A stretch of 64,000 nt of DNA from a virus. Each line of letters opens with the position of its first letter. Position 1 is the first letter of the stretch. The position numbers and the translations under genes are program-made. Shown here in pieces: positions 48,578 to 58,700 of this stretch. Below the pieces are notes generated by a model. The model did no database searches, was not told the origin of the DNA, and saw nothing but the letters and a program-made list of their open reading frames with translations. Location: positions 1 to 64,000 of IMG/VR virus record IMGVR_UViG_3300019360_000008, one strand, 5' to 3'.

Positions 48578-48637
48578 ACACTAGCAAAGGCGACTCACCG
48601 TGTACTTCTTTTGTTTCGGGTGCCGATGATGAAAGTC

Positions 48638-48670
48638 AAGTGCGGCTGCGCTAACTGCGTAGCCGCACTT
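48638..48670 (+). terminator. 14-bp hairpin, terminator-like
   Basis: AAGTGCGGCTGCGC-TAACT-GCGTAGCCGCACTT; weak U tail. Confidence 0.5.
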
Positions 48671-48711
48671 CTTACACGAACCACCACCAATTAGGTAAAA
48701 TTTCAAAGTAA

Positions 48712-49176
48712 ATGAGTGAAAGATATGATGTGCGCATTCGCTTCGGCGGACGACTTAAGAAAATATGTATTGGTCCCCTGCTGGAGGAGATCGCTAACGA
48801 AGGGCTTGATACTGAGTGGGGCATAATCAACGATTTGTCGGGTCTTCGGAAACATTTGTTGGCGGCAGCCGAAGAAAATCGTCCAGTCGAATACATGACC
48901 CATGAGTCAAACGGTATGCTTGATAAGATGAAGGATCTCCTGCAGAACATCGGGTTATCATACCAAGTGGAGCTTAGCGGTAATGATCAATATGCGCCGA
49001 CCACAACTGTCTGGCGCCCCGGAACCATTGAGGGTTACTTCTTGACCAGCGACAACAAGCCCGTAATCCTACTGGAGCTCATCCAGGCGGCCAACACAGA
49101 GGCCGAACTGAAAAAGCTGATCGGTGAAATCACGGAATTGGCCGAACCGCTTCCCAGCTTACAGTTGGTCGACTGA
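48712..49176 (+). CDS. Hypothetical protein
   Basis: 154-aa ORF. Confidence 0.6.
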   Translation: MSERYDVRIRFGGRLKKICIGPLLEEIANEGLDTEWGIINDLSGLRKHLLAAAEENRPVEYMTHESNGMLDKMKDLLQNIGLSYQVELSGNDQYAPTTTVWRPGTIEGYFLTSDNKPVILLELIQAANTEAELKKLIGEITELAEPLPSLQLVD

Positions 49177-49191
49177 CAGGTAAATTGAAAC

Positions 49192-49770
49192 ATGAGCGAT
49201 ATATCCCCCGAGACTGAAAACGTTGCGATCGAGATCCGCAAGCAGTTCCGCGCAGCCAAGGCACAACAGGCAGGTCGACCCTACCGTCCTGGCGCTCGGT
49301 GGGACACGGAGGAGTTATGGCATCGCGCCGCGGAAGCCTGTATCGCCGCCAAAGCAGACCCGGCATCCTGGGTGCAATCAGCCTTCCTTTACAACAAAGT
49401 TCCGGGAGGTCCGTTTCCGAACCAGCTGTCCGGCAGGGCAGCCGCTAATTGGTATCAACAGGCCAAAACGGTCATATTGGGTGACGGTATGTCCGATCAA
49501 GTCGATCTGATGGAGGGGGCCGTAACTGATGCCATCAATGGGGCAATCATGCGCCACATAGCCGTCGGAGATCCACTCAAGCGAGTCCTGATGGCGAACT
49601 ACTACCACGAGATAGAAGCCTGGACCCGCGTGGTCCTGGCGCCGGGGGACGAGGATATTCTTCGTGCATGGGGTCGTGCGGCCTATGCCGAGATCTCCAG
49701 GAACCCTCGACTCTGCGAGTGCCTGCGGCGACGAGGGTACGATTTAACCTGGGTAAAGAGGTACCAATAA
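49192..49770 (+). CDS. Hypothetical protein, possible helicase loader
   Basis: 192-aa helical ORF ending 1 nt before the DnaB-like gene; function inferred from position only. Confidence 0.5.
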   Translation: MSDISPETENVAIEIRKQFRAAKAQQAGRPYRPGARWDTEELWHRAAEACIAAKADPASWVQSAFLYNKVPGGPFPNQLSGRAAANWYQQAKTVILGDGMSDQVDLMEGAVTDAINGAIMRHIAVGDPLKRVLMANYYHEIEAWTRVVLAPGDEDILRAWGRAAYAEISRNPRLCECLRRRGYDLTWVKRYQ

Positions 49771-49771
49771 G

Positions 49772-51229
49772 ATGGATGCAGCACTCAAAACGCTGATTGA
49801 CTCCAATCCCGGTTTCTTTGAGCGGCAGCTCATTGTCGGGATGGTTCAGAACCAGGGGTTCTTCCGCAAGACAAGTCCGTCCGTCTGCCCACTTGATCCG
49901 AAAACGCTGACCACTCGCCATGACTTCATAACGCGACGCTACAACTTCCTCATGCCGGTCTTGCACCTGGCTTGGGGCATGTTTGGAAGTGCCAGTGTGG
50001 CATTTGCACTTCCAAAAGAGCTTCTCTCGCAGTACATTATAGCTTCCGCAGAACGCGGTGTGCTTGCATCACAGCATGACGTTGCCCGCGAGCTGCTTGC
50101 CGACCTGGATTCTCTCTACCCGGCAGAGCCGCCCTTGCAGGCGTATCTCGATGGACTCGTAGGCGAGCCATTCGGGTACTGGCTCGACTGCCGGCTGGCC
50201 CGCACCACTACGGACCTGCTATTCAACCAGAGTCGCGCGCAGGTCGTCACGATGGCGGACCTACAGAAGGTGTTTGATACCGCGAGACGTAACCTGCCAG
50301 CCTCGAAAGATCGATGCATCTCTGCGGCTGATCTAATGCGCTCAACGATCAAGATGCGGCCTTGTGTGGCCGCGCATTCGCTGCCGATGCTCATGAAGGC
50401 CATTGGCGGGGGTTTCCGCGTCACTGAGACCACGATGGTCGCGGGGACGAACGGCGGCGGCAAGACCGTACTGGCTACCCAGTTTGCTCGCGACTTCGCC
50501 CTACAGGGTATCAAGACCGCATACGTGACCACAGAGCAGAAGCCGCAGGACATGCTGGCCCGGCTCATCTCCAGCCATCTGACTGTCTCGTTCGAGAACT
50601 TCACGGCCAGGCCGGAGTTGATCAACCAGGCTCCCGACCAGGACATCGAGATCTCGGTGGTGCCTCCGTGGCTACTCACCGACCATCGGTACGCTGACGG
50701 AATTGCCAAGTTGGGCGAGTCCTTGCAGAACCTTCAATTCATAGACTGGTCGGCCGGCTCAAGCCTGACCGTGACCGGGGATCTCGTGCCCGAGATAGAA
50801 GGACTGCAGCGCAAAGGCTTTGATCCTCAAGTCATTATATTCGACTGGATCGGAGCGGCGCTTGATCACGGAATGCAACGCTTCGCGGAATTGCGACACC
50901 TGTACCAAATGGCGGCCGACGGTTTGATCAACTTCGGCAAGTCTCATCGCAAAATCGTGATCGTTATGGCCCAGTTCGACAAGGTTGCTGCCACCAACAA
51001 GGACAAGCCCGGTATGCGAGCGCTATCTGAGTGCAAGACAATGACTAACAACATAACGAACTTCGTCGGCATAACCTCCATGCTGGAAAACGGAGCCGGC
51101 GCCCGAGAGGTTTACCGCCGCAAGCAGTTCCTCTATGTGGAAAAGGCTCGCCTGGGGACAGGTGGTTCAATACCCGTGGAGCGCGATTTCAGTGTTCAGC
51201 GTTTCAAAGAGCTGACGCTTACGAACTGA
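49772..51229 (+). CDS. dnaB: Replicative helicase (DnaB/SF4)
   Basis: Walker A AGTNGGGKT, YVTTEQ, IIFDWI, MAQF, EKARLG. Confidence 0.82.
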   Translation: MDAALKTLIDSNPGFFERQLIVGMVQNQGFFRKTSPSVCPLDPKTLTTRHDFITRRYNFLMPVLHLAWGMFGSASVAFALPKELLSQYIIASAERGVLASQHDVARELLADLDSLYPAEPPLQAYLDGLVGEPFGYWLDCRLARTTTDLLFNQSRAQVVTMADLQKVFDTARRNLPASKDRCISAADLMRSTIKMRPCVAAHSLPMLMKAIGGGFRVTETTMVAGTNGGGKTVLATQFARDFALQGIKTAYVTTEQKPQDMLARLISSHLTVSFENFTARPELINQAPDQDIEISVVPPWLLTDHRYADGIAKLGESLQNLQFIDWSAGSSLTVTGDLVPEIEGLQRKGFDPQVIIFDWIGAALDHGMQRFAELRHLYQMAADGLINFGKSHRKIVIVMAQFDKVAATNKDKPGMRALSECKTMTNNITNFVGITSMLENGAGAREVYRRKQFLYVEKARLGTGGSIPVERDFSVQRFKELTLTN

Positions 51230-51232
51230 AAT

Positions 51233-51261
51233 TTGACATACCGTCAACGTTGGGCTACCTG
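51233..51261 (+). promoter_or_regulatory. Promoter TTGACA-N17-TACCTG, 8 nt before ATG 51270, with a TTGAC-N5-GTCAA palindrome
   Basis: Direct motif match. Confidence 0.55.
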
Positions 51262-51269
51262 TTAGATAT

Positions 51270-52949
51270 ATGAGCACGAGTGCTTTGAATCTACAGGGTA
51301 GCCTGACGTCGACGCGGCAAAACTTCGCGCTCACTCGTGCAACCGCACCCACTAATTCGACGCAGGATACCCATTCTTTACCAGAAGAGGTCTGTGATGT
51401 CCTGCCTAGACCCGAATACCGGAATGCAGTGTTCCAGATCTTCGAGAATAGCTTCGTCAAGAAGTTCGAACTCTACGTTGAGGCGCACCTGCATGACCGC
51501 GGCTCCAGGCCGTACTGGCACTGCTTGACGGTCATGAAGGCGATCCGGTTGGTAATGCGACTCAACCTAGATCCCTTCGACGGTAGTCTCAGATGGTCCG
51601 CGGCGGCTAAACGTTTCACCCAGGACGATACCGCGATGATCCGCCACCACGAGCTACTGGCTGTCTGCCACAAATTCAAGCCAGCGTTTACGATCAACCA
51701 GATGCGGCGTGCCCTTACGGTCCTGAAAGATTACGGGCTAATCTGGTCGTGCCCGGGGCGCCCAAAAGCGACTAGCCGGTTCGCCGACCAGCCCGGTACC
51801 GTCATGTACCTACGGGTCAACACGGGACGTCTGTCACGCGCCCTCCGGGGAGAGCTGACGCTGAGCCCGGTTCGCCTTTCTCTGAGGCCAGGCTTAAATG
51901 CGCCAATTGGCGCAACTGTTTTAACACTGGAGAGGATGACCAGTGAGATGGTGGCTGATGGGTCAAAAACATCAAAGACCGTTCCGGAAACTCAAGAGCC
52001 GGGGTCTGAGATGTCTGAAGACTTCCTTCCCTCATGGGCTAAAAGGAGAGGAGCACCCGCGTCTTCGCCGCGTCTTTCAACTACCAAGATAGAACTCACG
52101 GAAGATGAAAAGCATTTGATCGAATTTATGACCACCACGGCTGGCCTATTTCGAGGCACCGACGGTTGGTCTCATGACTGCGGTGACATCAACGAGCTTA
52201 CGGTTGCCCAGTTGGCCCGTGTGCGTCTCCACATGAAAGCCGGCCTTACCCTGGCCTTCATGAGGGACTATGCCGACTTTGTCATTAACATTAACGCTTC
52301 CAACAGCCCAGACGGGAAAGTTCCGTGGTGGGCTAACTGCACGATCGACTTCTTTTTGGCCGCGTTCCGCCGCATTCGTGCCGAAGCTCAACGACGTCGG
52401 CGCGAGATGATCTGCTTCCAGCAGGAGTTTCAGTCTATTGACATCGACAAAGAGTTCCTCCGGGACGTCCAGATCTACTGCGGCTTTACCCCGGGCGGCT
52501 CCGACGTGGATCTCGCGTCGCTCTCGCGCGGACTCGGCCATAACCTCTCATGCCCGGCGGCCTGCATTCCCGAGCAACGTCGCCTCTGGGACGAGCAAGA
52601 CGCCTACAAGGGCATGGTGGCGGTCATTATGGCCTCCAGGATCCCGGGCGACACTTTGAGGTATATCGCCAACCAGACACGTCCCCAGGTGGTTGCATGG
52701 CTCAGGCGTAATCCGCATCAAGCCGAGCGGCTATGTAAGATTCCAAACTTTCGTTTCTGGTTTAACCTTCCGGATAAGATCATGCTGCCTATTTTTCTCG
52801 AAGCCGCCCATAACGAATCAGCTCTCCGGGCCGGACGCGAGTTGTCGCGATGGGCCGTACGGCATGGGGAGCTGTCGACAACCGATAAAGGTTTTAGTCC
52901 ACAAGCTTACGTGCATCCTTACCCGACAGCAAAACTGAATGCGCCCTGA
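51270..52949 (+). CDS. Winged-HTH protein, possible replication initiator
   Basis: FTINQMRRALTVLKDYGLIWS...MYLRVN wHTH-like segment, S/T/P linker, helical C-domain; between dnaB and primase. Confidence 0.5.
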   Translation: MSTSALNLQGSLTSTRQNFALTRATAPTNSTQDTHSLPEEVCDVLPRPEYRNAVFQIFENSFVKKFELYVEAHLHDRGSRPYWHCLTVMKAIRLVMRLNLDPFDGSLRWSAAAKRFTQDDTAMIRHHELLAVCHKFKPAFTINQMRRALTVLKDYGLIWSCPGRPKATSRFADQPGTVMYLRVNTGRLSRALRGELTLSPVRLSLRPGLNAPIGATVLTLERMTSEMVADGSKTSKTVPETQEPGSEMSEDFLPSWAKRRGAPASSPRLSTTKIELTEDEKHLIEFMTTTAGLFRGTDGWSHDCGDINELTVAQLARVRLHMKAGLTLAFMRDYADFVININASNSPDGKVPWWANCTIDFFLAAFRRIRAEAQRRRREMICFQQEFQSIDIDKEFLRDVQIYCGFTPGGSDVDLASLSRGLGHNLSCPAACIPEQRRLWDEQDAYKGMVAVIMASRIPGDTLRYIANQTRPQVVAWLRRNPHQAERLCKIPNFRFWFNLPDKIMLPIFLEAAHNESALRAGRELSRWAVRHGELSTTDKGFSPQAYVHPYPTAKLNAP

Positions 52950-53562
52950 AACACACCAACTCATCCTAGACCTCATCAGGCCCGGCATCAGTTCTAATGA
53001 GGCGCAGGTGGCCTACATGGCTTACACGGATTGGCTCTCACGGCACCCTGAAGAGGTCCTGGAGGTCTTGAAGCTCACCGGCTTGCCGGATTACACCGTG
53101 CTGGTCCTGGACGATGACGAGCAGGTCCGGCAGGCCGATCAGATTTTACGGGAGCAAGAGCAGCTTGATCGGGAGATCGACGAGTCCGGCGTATACGATT
53201 CGCCCAGACCCTACGTCGGAATAGATTTCAAGAAGGCTGCGCAGGAATGCCACGCAAAAGAGATTGCGCCGGCCCATGACGGCGCCCTTACGCCCGAGCA
53301 GGCCGATTTGGTCCAGAAGGGTAAGGCGATGTACTTGCCGTTCGGCAAGTTTGGTCCTCGGGGCGTCAAGGGTTACAAGACCATCTATGAAATTTGGCTC
53401 GAAGAGCCTACTTACCTGGCTTGGGTCCATGATAATGTTGACCGCCTGACTCCTCTGCAGGATATGGTCATCGGCTTCTACCGCCAATACAAAAGCAATG
53501 CCACACAATCAAGAAACTACGTCGGCAGCGTCCCATTTCCAGGAACAGCGGGCCGGTGTTGA
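52939..53562 (+). CDS. Hypothetical protein with a PFGK..YL.W (DUF3820/ExoX C-terminal-like) motif
   Basis: LPFGKF..KTIYEIWLEEPTYLAWV. Confidence 0.6.
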   Translation: MRPETHQLILDLIRPGISSNEAQVAYMAYTDWLSRHPEEVLEVLKLTGLPDYTVLVLDDDEQVRQADQILREQEQLDREIDESGVYDSPRPYVGIDFKKAAQECHAKEIAPAHDGALTPEQADLVQKGKAMYLPFGKFGPRGVKGYKTIYEIWLEEPTYLAWVHDNVDRLTPLQDMVIGFYRQYKSNATQSRNYVGSVPFPGTAGRC

Positions 53563-53785
53563 AGCAACGCTGCACTTTAATCTCTCAGATCCCGAGGCGG
53601 AACGCCAGCTACGGTTGATGTTGCAGGCTCGGGATTTATTGTTTACGCTGATTGATCTCGATGAGTGGCTGCGTAGCAAAATCAAACACGGTACCGACAT
53701 AGCTTCTTCCGAAGGTGCGCTTGAGGGCTGCCGGGCGCATCTGCACGAGCTGCTCGCGGTACGCGATATTTCCCTTCACGGATAA
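53498..53785 (+). CDS. Conserved small phage protein
   Basis: ATL.FNL.DPE.....L.DLDEWLRSKIKH; start uncertain. Confidence 0.6.
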   Translation: MPHNQETTSAASHFQEQRAGVEATLHFNLSDPEAERQLRLMLQARDLLFTLIDLDEWLRSKIKHGTDIASSEGALEGCRAHLHELLAVRDISLHG

Positions 53786-53787
53786 CC

Positions 53788-54960
53788 ATGCCTTCTGTAA
53801 CCACAACTGACTCTATAGAGGTATCTTACGTTACTGATCGCCATCGAGAGATTGCAGCCAAGTTGTCGGTGATACACGGTAAAGTCAGGCTGGCGACAGA
53901 GTCCAATGGCGTTCATGCCTACATGGCCTCGCCGGCCTGCTTGGAGAAGTACGGCCGAACCGAGCTGGTCAAGATGCATTTGGCCGTGAATCTCGACAAA
54001 TGGTTGCAAGGAGTTGATCTGTGCGCGATGTGCATGAAGAGCAATAAGGCGTACAAGGTCACCACCTTGCTGCGTTTACCTCCGCTCGAACAGCGCGGTA
54101 TCCCCAACGTGTCTCCGGGCGTGTTTGAGGCCGAAACCAACCCTGAGTATCTGGAGCTGGACGCGAAGGGTAACCGGGTGCCGAAGAGTCCCGGTGAATG
54201 CCAACTACTCACCGATCTGGCTTCAGACCACCCTGCCGTAGAGTACTGCAAGTACCGCGGTTATGACCCATCTGAACTGGTTGCTCAGTTCCGCGCGTCA
54301 TTTTGCTCAAAGGAGCGAGATGATCTGCACTGGCGCCCTTTGCCTGGTGGATTCGCTGCGACCCCTCAAGGCCGCATCGTCTTCTTCATGGATCAGTACG
54401 GTGTCCAGGTTGGCTGGCAGGCTCGCATACTGGAGATGGATCGCAAGTATGCGAAGTACTACCTTCATCCGTACGAAGGTCGGTGGGTGCCCGTACAACA
54501 ACGCCTGACGCCCGAGCAGCCCTGGACCCTTATGGAAGGGTTCGACGGTTGGGACCCGGCGAAGTATCTGCTGGCATACGGGACCAAGCGCAACGCCGCC
54601 GTTATGGGGCTAGACGCCGCCATTGCGTTCAATAAGCGGCACGGGTCCTCTTGGTGTGTACTCTGCGAGGGTCCGCTCGACGCCGCAAGGTTCGGAGCAC
54701 CAGCCATCGCCGTCATGGGTAAGCACCTAAGCGAAATGCAGGCCAAGCTGATCTCTGACAACTTCAGCCAGGTGATCTTCGTCGGAGATAATGACGAGGC
54801 AGGTAAGTCATTACGCCAAAAGGTATTTGATCGTTTGGGTTCACATCCCGGGGTCAAACTCCTGTTAGCCGATCTGCCGGTCCGACTAAAGGATGCCGGC
54901 GATATGAAGCCGTTAGAAGCCAAATACTTTCTATGTCAGTCCCTAAGCAATATCAGGTAA
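53788..54960 (+). CDS. dnaG: DNA primase (DnaG/TOPRIM)
   Basis: GRIVF..VGWQAR, PAKYL, CEGPLDA, GDNDEAG, KDAGD. Confidence 0.85.
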   Translation: MPSVTTTDSIEVSYVTDRHREIAAKLSVIHGKVRLATESNGVHAYMASPACLEKYGRTELVKMHLAVNLDKWLQGVDLCAMCMKSNKAYKVTTLLRLPPLEQRGIPNVSPGVFEAETNPEYLELDAKGNRVPKSPGECQLLTDLASDHPAVEYCKYRGYDPSELVAQFRASFCSKERDDLHWRPLPGGFAATPQGRIVFFMDQYGVQVGWQARILEMDRKYAKYYLHPYEGRWVPVQQRLTPEQPWTLMEGFDGWDPAKYLLAYGTKRNAAVMGLDAAIAFNKRHGSSWCVLCEGPLDAARFGAPAIAVMGKHLSEMQAKLISDNFSQVIFVGDNDEAGKSLRQKVFDRLGSHPGVKLLLADLPVRLKDAGDMKPLEAKYFLCQSLSNIR

Positions 54961-55406
54961 CGCTTTATGCGCAGGTTGCAGTTCGCACACAACCAGTTGA
55001 GGCTAAAACTCCTGAAGAGGCTTACACGATCGCCCTTGAAGTTGAGCCCTTCATCGATAACTTGTTCCGAAAAAACTTAGGCAACGGGCCTTTCGTTCTT
55101 TGGACAGAGTATGCTGGCGAGATCAACGGCGGGCTGGTTGACGTCGTCGGCGACGAACAGTACGCACAAACCGTTTTTCTGAATACCTTTGGCAATCAGG
55201 AGGTTATCGAGAATGCGTGTCACTGCTCCTGTCCTGAGTTGACAGTGGCGGCTTCTAACCTCAGCATTGTCATGAGGTCTTTGGGCGATGACTGGTTGAC
55301 GCGTAAACTTCAGTTCGCCCTCGACGAAATTCGAGATGTTGCTGCAGTCATAAGGAATCGAGACAATGAAGACGATAGAAGCAAACGGCAAGGTACTGCC
55401 AAGTGA
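54933..55406 (+). CDS. Hypothetical protein
   Basis: 157-aa ORF. Confidence 0.55.
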   Translation: MSVPKQYQVTLYAQVAVRTQPVEAKTPEEAYTIALEVEPFIDNLFRKNLGNGPFVLWTEYAGEINGGLVDVVGDEQYAQTVFLNTFGNQEVIENACHCSCPELTVAASNLSIVMRSLGDDWLTRKLQFALDEIRDVAAVIRNRDNEDDRSKRQGTAK

Positions 55407-55719
55407 ACTCACCCTACTGTCCCGGCGTTGGAGTATTGCTTGGCAGAAGGGGCCTGTCGTTAGTCCTGACCTGGACGTCGTAAGTGGTATCTGCGATCCC
55501 AAAGCACACATACTCACGATTGACCTAGACCTGCCGGATGATGCATTGGCAGAAGTCTTGTTGCATGAATTGGGCCATGCGATTCACTACATGCTTGAGC
55601 ATGCTTCTATTGATCGTGAGGAAGAGGACATCGTTAACCTGAACGCGATGGTTCTCATTACCGTTTGCAAACAAAATCCGGGCTTCTTTGCCTGGATTGA
55701 GCGCATGGCAAACCCTTGA
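55366..55719 (+). CDS. Small zincin-like (HExxH) metallopeptidase-domain protein
   Basis: LLHELGHAI with downstream EEDIV. Confidence 0.7.
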   Translation: MKTIEANGKVLPSELTLLSRRWSIAWQKGPVVSPDLDVVSGICDPKAHILTIDLDLPDDALAEVLLHELGHAIHYMLEHASIDREEEDIVNLNAMVLITVCKQNPGFFAWIERMANP

Positions 55720-55744
55720 CGAAGGGTTCGCCGTACGCGACTTT
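55701..55744 (+). promoter_or_regulatory. Candidate polymerase promoter TTGACG-N17-GACTTT inside a long inverted repeat
   Basis: GCGCATGGCAAACCCTT-GACG-AAGGGTTCGCCGTACGC; 8 nt to ATG 55753; weak -10. Confidence 0.4.
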
Positions 55745-55752
55745 GAGGTCGT

Positions 55753-58700
55753 ATGGCGAGTACCTTCAACTTCCAGAGCAACTCCACGGCGTCCACTATG
55801 GCGCCAGAAGAGCAGGCTCGTTTTGATGCTGAACAAGCAAAGCTGAGTATCGGTCAGGAGATCGAATTTCTCAGCCGTCACGGTGAGCCTCTCAAGGAAG
55901 AGGACTACTGGTCTCAGTTCCCCGAACACCTTCGCGGCATTGCGCCGCCCACGTCGCTGGAGTTTGCTCACACCGGCATTGGCAGCTTGGACTGGGGAGA
56001 TCGCTTCGGGAACAAGTTCCACGGACTCACGCTGCTGCCCACCTATCGGTTCAAGTCCGGCACTCCACATCGTCGCGTCGACATTCTGTTCGTGATGCCG
56101 TGCGTGCTCGATGCAGACATCGACAGCCGCTACAGCCCCGCGGCGATGTTGAAAGGTAAGGCGGCCAACCTGTTTGCCCGGAACCTCGGACGAGCCGGGC
56201 TGGCTGACTGCTGCTGGGACTTCACCACTCTGGTACGCTACCCGACCAAATCCAACCGTCCCAAGTCTCACGACATCAATTGGGCCAGGCCGCTGTTCTA
56301 CGCGGAGATCAACCGGCTACGCCCCCGCATCATTGTGGCGATGGGCAAGGCCGTGTTTGAGAATCTGTACACAGCGTTCAAGATCAACCTACAGGACTTC
56401 CAGGGCGGCGTCTTCGACGTCGACGTCCCAGAGGTTTTACAGGACGACGAATGGCGCCCTAAGCTGATGATCATGGATCAGATCTCCCTCACGTTCAGTC
56501 GGCCCGAGCTGATCGAACGCTGTCTGGTGGATCTAGACAACATCCGATACGAGCTGACCAAGCTAAAGGAACCGGATGCGACGCGCGTCACGGACGTTAG
56601 GACCAACTACCAGGTCATCGAGACGGCTGAGTACCTGGGCAACTGGATCGAGGACATGCGGCAGAAGCAGGTGCTCAAGATGGCCGTTGACGCTGAGTGG
56701 GCCGGCAAACATTTCGTCGACGGTAAACTGCGCTCCTTCCAAAGCTGCTGGGAACCCGGCCAGGTCACGTACCTGAAGTTCATGGATGACCAGGGCCGAC
56801 GGGTCCTTCCTCTGCACCCAAAGCAGATCGGGGACATCATGCGCCCGGTGTTCGAGGCTCCTGGCTTCCAGTACATCGGTCACAACTTCCCCGCTGACGC
56901 AGTCTGGATCGAGACCCACCTGGGCCTCAGTACTTACAGGCGGCTGTTCATGGACACGATGTTCGTGCAACAGTTGATCAACGAATATGCCGATCTCAAG
57001 CTTGAACGTCTCGCCGTGCGCTATACGCGACTCGGTCGATACGATGTTGCTCTGCAGCTGTGGAAGAAAGAAAACGCCGACCTGTTCAAAGAGAGCGACG
57101 GTTACGGCGCGATCCCTGATAGACTACTGGTACCGTATGCCTGCAAGGACGTCGACGTCACGTTCCGGGTCCACCCGATTCTGCTCACTCAGCTGATCGC
57201 TCAGGGACCAAGGCTGCTACAGTACTGGCTCCAAATCAACCGTGGGTTCACGAGCGACTGCTACACCAGCAAGATGCTCACCGGGCTGCCGATCGACCAG
57301 GCGTACGCCGACAAGCTGCGCGAGGTCTATCACAGCAACCTGGCCTTCCTGCAGGACGACTTCAAGCGCCAGGTTGTTGCCGAGGCGGACGAAATGCTTC
57401 TCAAGTCACTCACACGCCACATACCCGGTGCCGCAGTAACCGTGCTGCAGATCCTCAACGTTCAACGCAAGTCCGGCATGCCTGCCCCTGACATGATCCG
57501 CTTTGCTCAGATGAGCGTCGGGTCCGGATGGTCGCAGGACGCCCAGCTACATGCCTGCTTGGAGCATTGGCTGGACATCGATAACTTCAACTACAGCAGC
57601 CCCGACTATCTGCGACGATGGATGTTCCAGGTCAAGGGCCTCATGCCACTCAAAACCACCAAGAAGGACGGGGTCACGATGTCGTGGGAGAAGGTGCTGA
57701 AGCTCGATTCCGACAAGCAGAAGGACTATACGCCAGCGGCGGACAAGCAGACCATCAAGATCTATGAGAACCAGGACCCAATGATCGCTTACGTGGGGCA
57801 GCTCAAGTCTGTCGCCACAATGTGCAAAACATTCTTGAGGGACAAGGACGAGGACGGCGAGGAGCGGGGCATACACAGCTGGATCTGCTCCGACGGGGCG
57901 ATTCATGCCAACTTTGCCTCAACCGAAACCGGCCGCCCCCGCACATGGAATCCCAACATCCTGAATTGGCCAAAGTCGGTGTCAAAGCCGATCGAACTGG
58001 CCTTCAAACGCGTGAATGCGGAACGGGCTAAAGCTACCCGCCAGCGTATGATCGACGACGCCGCCATGAACGGGCAGGAGCCCAACATGGCTGTGATCGA
58101 AGAGAAGGTCAAGGAGATACAATTCGCTCCGGTGTCACTCCGGTCGATGGTTAAAGCGCCTCCCGGCGAATGCTTCGTGGACGCTGACTTGGTGACGGCA
58201 GAAGTGGTGGGCCTTGGCTACCTGGCTGGGGACAGGAACCTGATCGACGCTTGTGAAGCGCCTGACCAGCAGTTTGCCATCATGCGCAAGACGGACGAGT
58301 CGGGCAACGTTAAGGAGAAGCCTGTTCGGATCTGCTACATCGAAGACATCTCACGTGTACCCAAGGACATGCAGGACGCGTCTCTCCTGGTACCAGAAGA
58401 CCATCCGGATCTTGTACGCGAGAACAACAAGATCGTGCATCCCAAGCGGGACGTTCACTGGCAAATGGCCGAGTCATTCACAAAGACTCCGCGCGAAAAG
58501 CTCAACAAGGACACGCATCGTGGTGGCGGTAAGGTAGGAATGTTCTCTATTCCGTATGGCGCCAAGGCTCCTCTGATCGAACGTAACATCGAGGTATTGA
58601 CTGGTGTCAAGCCGGCAGAAGGAACCGGCGCCGCGATCATCACGGCCTATGAGACTAACTTCCCCGTCGCCACGCAGTTCCTTAACGAAATGGCCATGCT

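Noticed and set aside
44060-48712. A CRISPR-like or short-period (e.g. GGY-NN pentamer) guide array beside the RAMP gene
   Set aside because: Intergenic segments were read on both strands and no periodic run was found; it could lie outside the window
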